A program made the translations under genes and the position numbers. A stretch of DNA of 64,000 nucleotides, from NCBI GenBank assembly GCA_051294905.1, contig CM119378.1, positions 1,552,001 to 1,616,000 on the forward strand, written 5' to 3'. A model generated the notes under the pieces. The model was not told where the DNA came from and ran no database searches. It saw only the letters and a program-made list of their open reading frames with translations. Positions 62,927 through 64,000 of the stretch are shown piece by piece. Position 1 is the stretch's first letter. Every line of letters begins with the position of its first letter. The stretch comes from Botryllus schlosseri (lineage: Eukaryota).

Positions 62927-64000
62927 CATGATAATGTGGCCCGCGGCTCCAGTCTGCCGAGATTCCCCACTACTTGCTTACTACGTCACAGTTTAGCGAC
63001 TGTTATTTTATACGTGTATGCGCAGCGCAGCGTTGCGAGAGTGGAGCTTACGCGTAAGTTCGTCGAAGCGAGAATACTTGCATTATCGGCACTTACGACG
63101 CACTCAACTCTAATGTCGTCTGTGGTAATCATGATTTTGTCGACTGCAATGGTCATTTACACCAGGCTGATATTTCATATTTTTGATTCCGTAACCGCTG
63201 ACTTGTAGCACGGCACACTTCTAGGCTTTTGTAAGGCACCGCTTCTGCCAGGGGTCGCCAACACAAAACGGGTCGCAGGCCCCTTTTCAAATTTCGCAGA
63301 GGACGCGGGCCGCATGAATTCAATATCGACATTAATTAGGCCACACAGTTGAACAACGACGCTATCTCGTCACCTTCTCAGCTCTAATGAATCTTGGTAA
63401 ATTAGGGTTACCGGGCTTATGGAACGCCTTAAAACAGTGGTTCCCAAACTTTTTCGGTGTGAGGGCCAAATTTAGAATCTCAGAGTACGGTCGGGGCCGC
63501 ACGAATACTACGGCTATGAAACGGACCCAAACAGTCATCATGGCTATTTCGGAGTAGTTTTATTACCCTGGCGAGATTTCAAATCTGTACACTGTTTACC
63601 GCTACTTATCTGCTGCATTGGATGTCCGTTGAGTGAATCAGCTTTTCTCGCCTAAACGCGCGAAGCGCGAGAAATTTCTTTAGTCTCATGACTGAATCGG
63701 TCAATATGATTGGGAATTGCATGTATTGCTATCAATTTTCATCCTGTCTCTGTTCACGTAATCTGATTTACCGGTAGAGCTGAGTGAGGTGTGTTTGAAA
63801 AGGTATAGGCCGCCTCAATAGTAATTAAACATCTCCGGCGGTATACCCGTTATCAGCAACGTAACTGCACTTCGTCAGGACCCCGGGCTCCCATAGGGTG
63901 ATAACCTGACCCCGCATCACGTTGTTCGCTTTTGCCACAAAATTAAACTGTTTAGTGAGACAGCGCGACGCGCGAATATTTCGATAATTCATGATAAAAT

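Overview
AT-rich, intron-containing animal (invertebrate-like) genomic DNA, densely packed with DNA-transposon remnants. Most ORFs in the supplied track are spurious, and the real genes only appear after manual splicing. Supported content: (1) a cluster of two, probably three, divergent type-I single-pass membrane protein genes sharing exon phases, with a CUB-like ectodomain (gene A partial 1596-5718 +; gene B apparently complete 10720-18860 +; gene C TM plus tail 25165-25983 -); (2) a young 5'-truncated RT-RNase H LINE with TSD and (TAA)n tail (28879-31399); (3) an IRE1-like non-RD kinase exon with no KEN RNase domain (44034-44855), whose downstream exon is phase-compatible with a six-bladed NHL beta-propeller gene with 49-59 bp introns (47949-49035); (4) a 6.2 kb non-coding Polinton/Maverick-type element with 2184-bp inverted repeats, AGTAGT...ACTACT ends and a 6-bp TSD (50237-56451), nested in a hAT element with an 8-bp TSD (49660-57046); (5) the last two exons of CCT2 (minus strand, 57464-58309); (6) an internally deleted ZMYM1-type hAT transposon (59733-62926); plus many hAT and Tc1/pogo MITEs and tRNA-derived SINEs. 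All gene models are manual predictions with no expression or database support.
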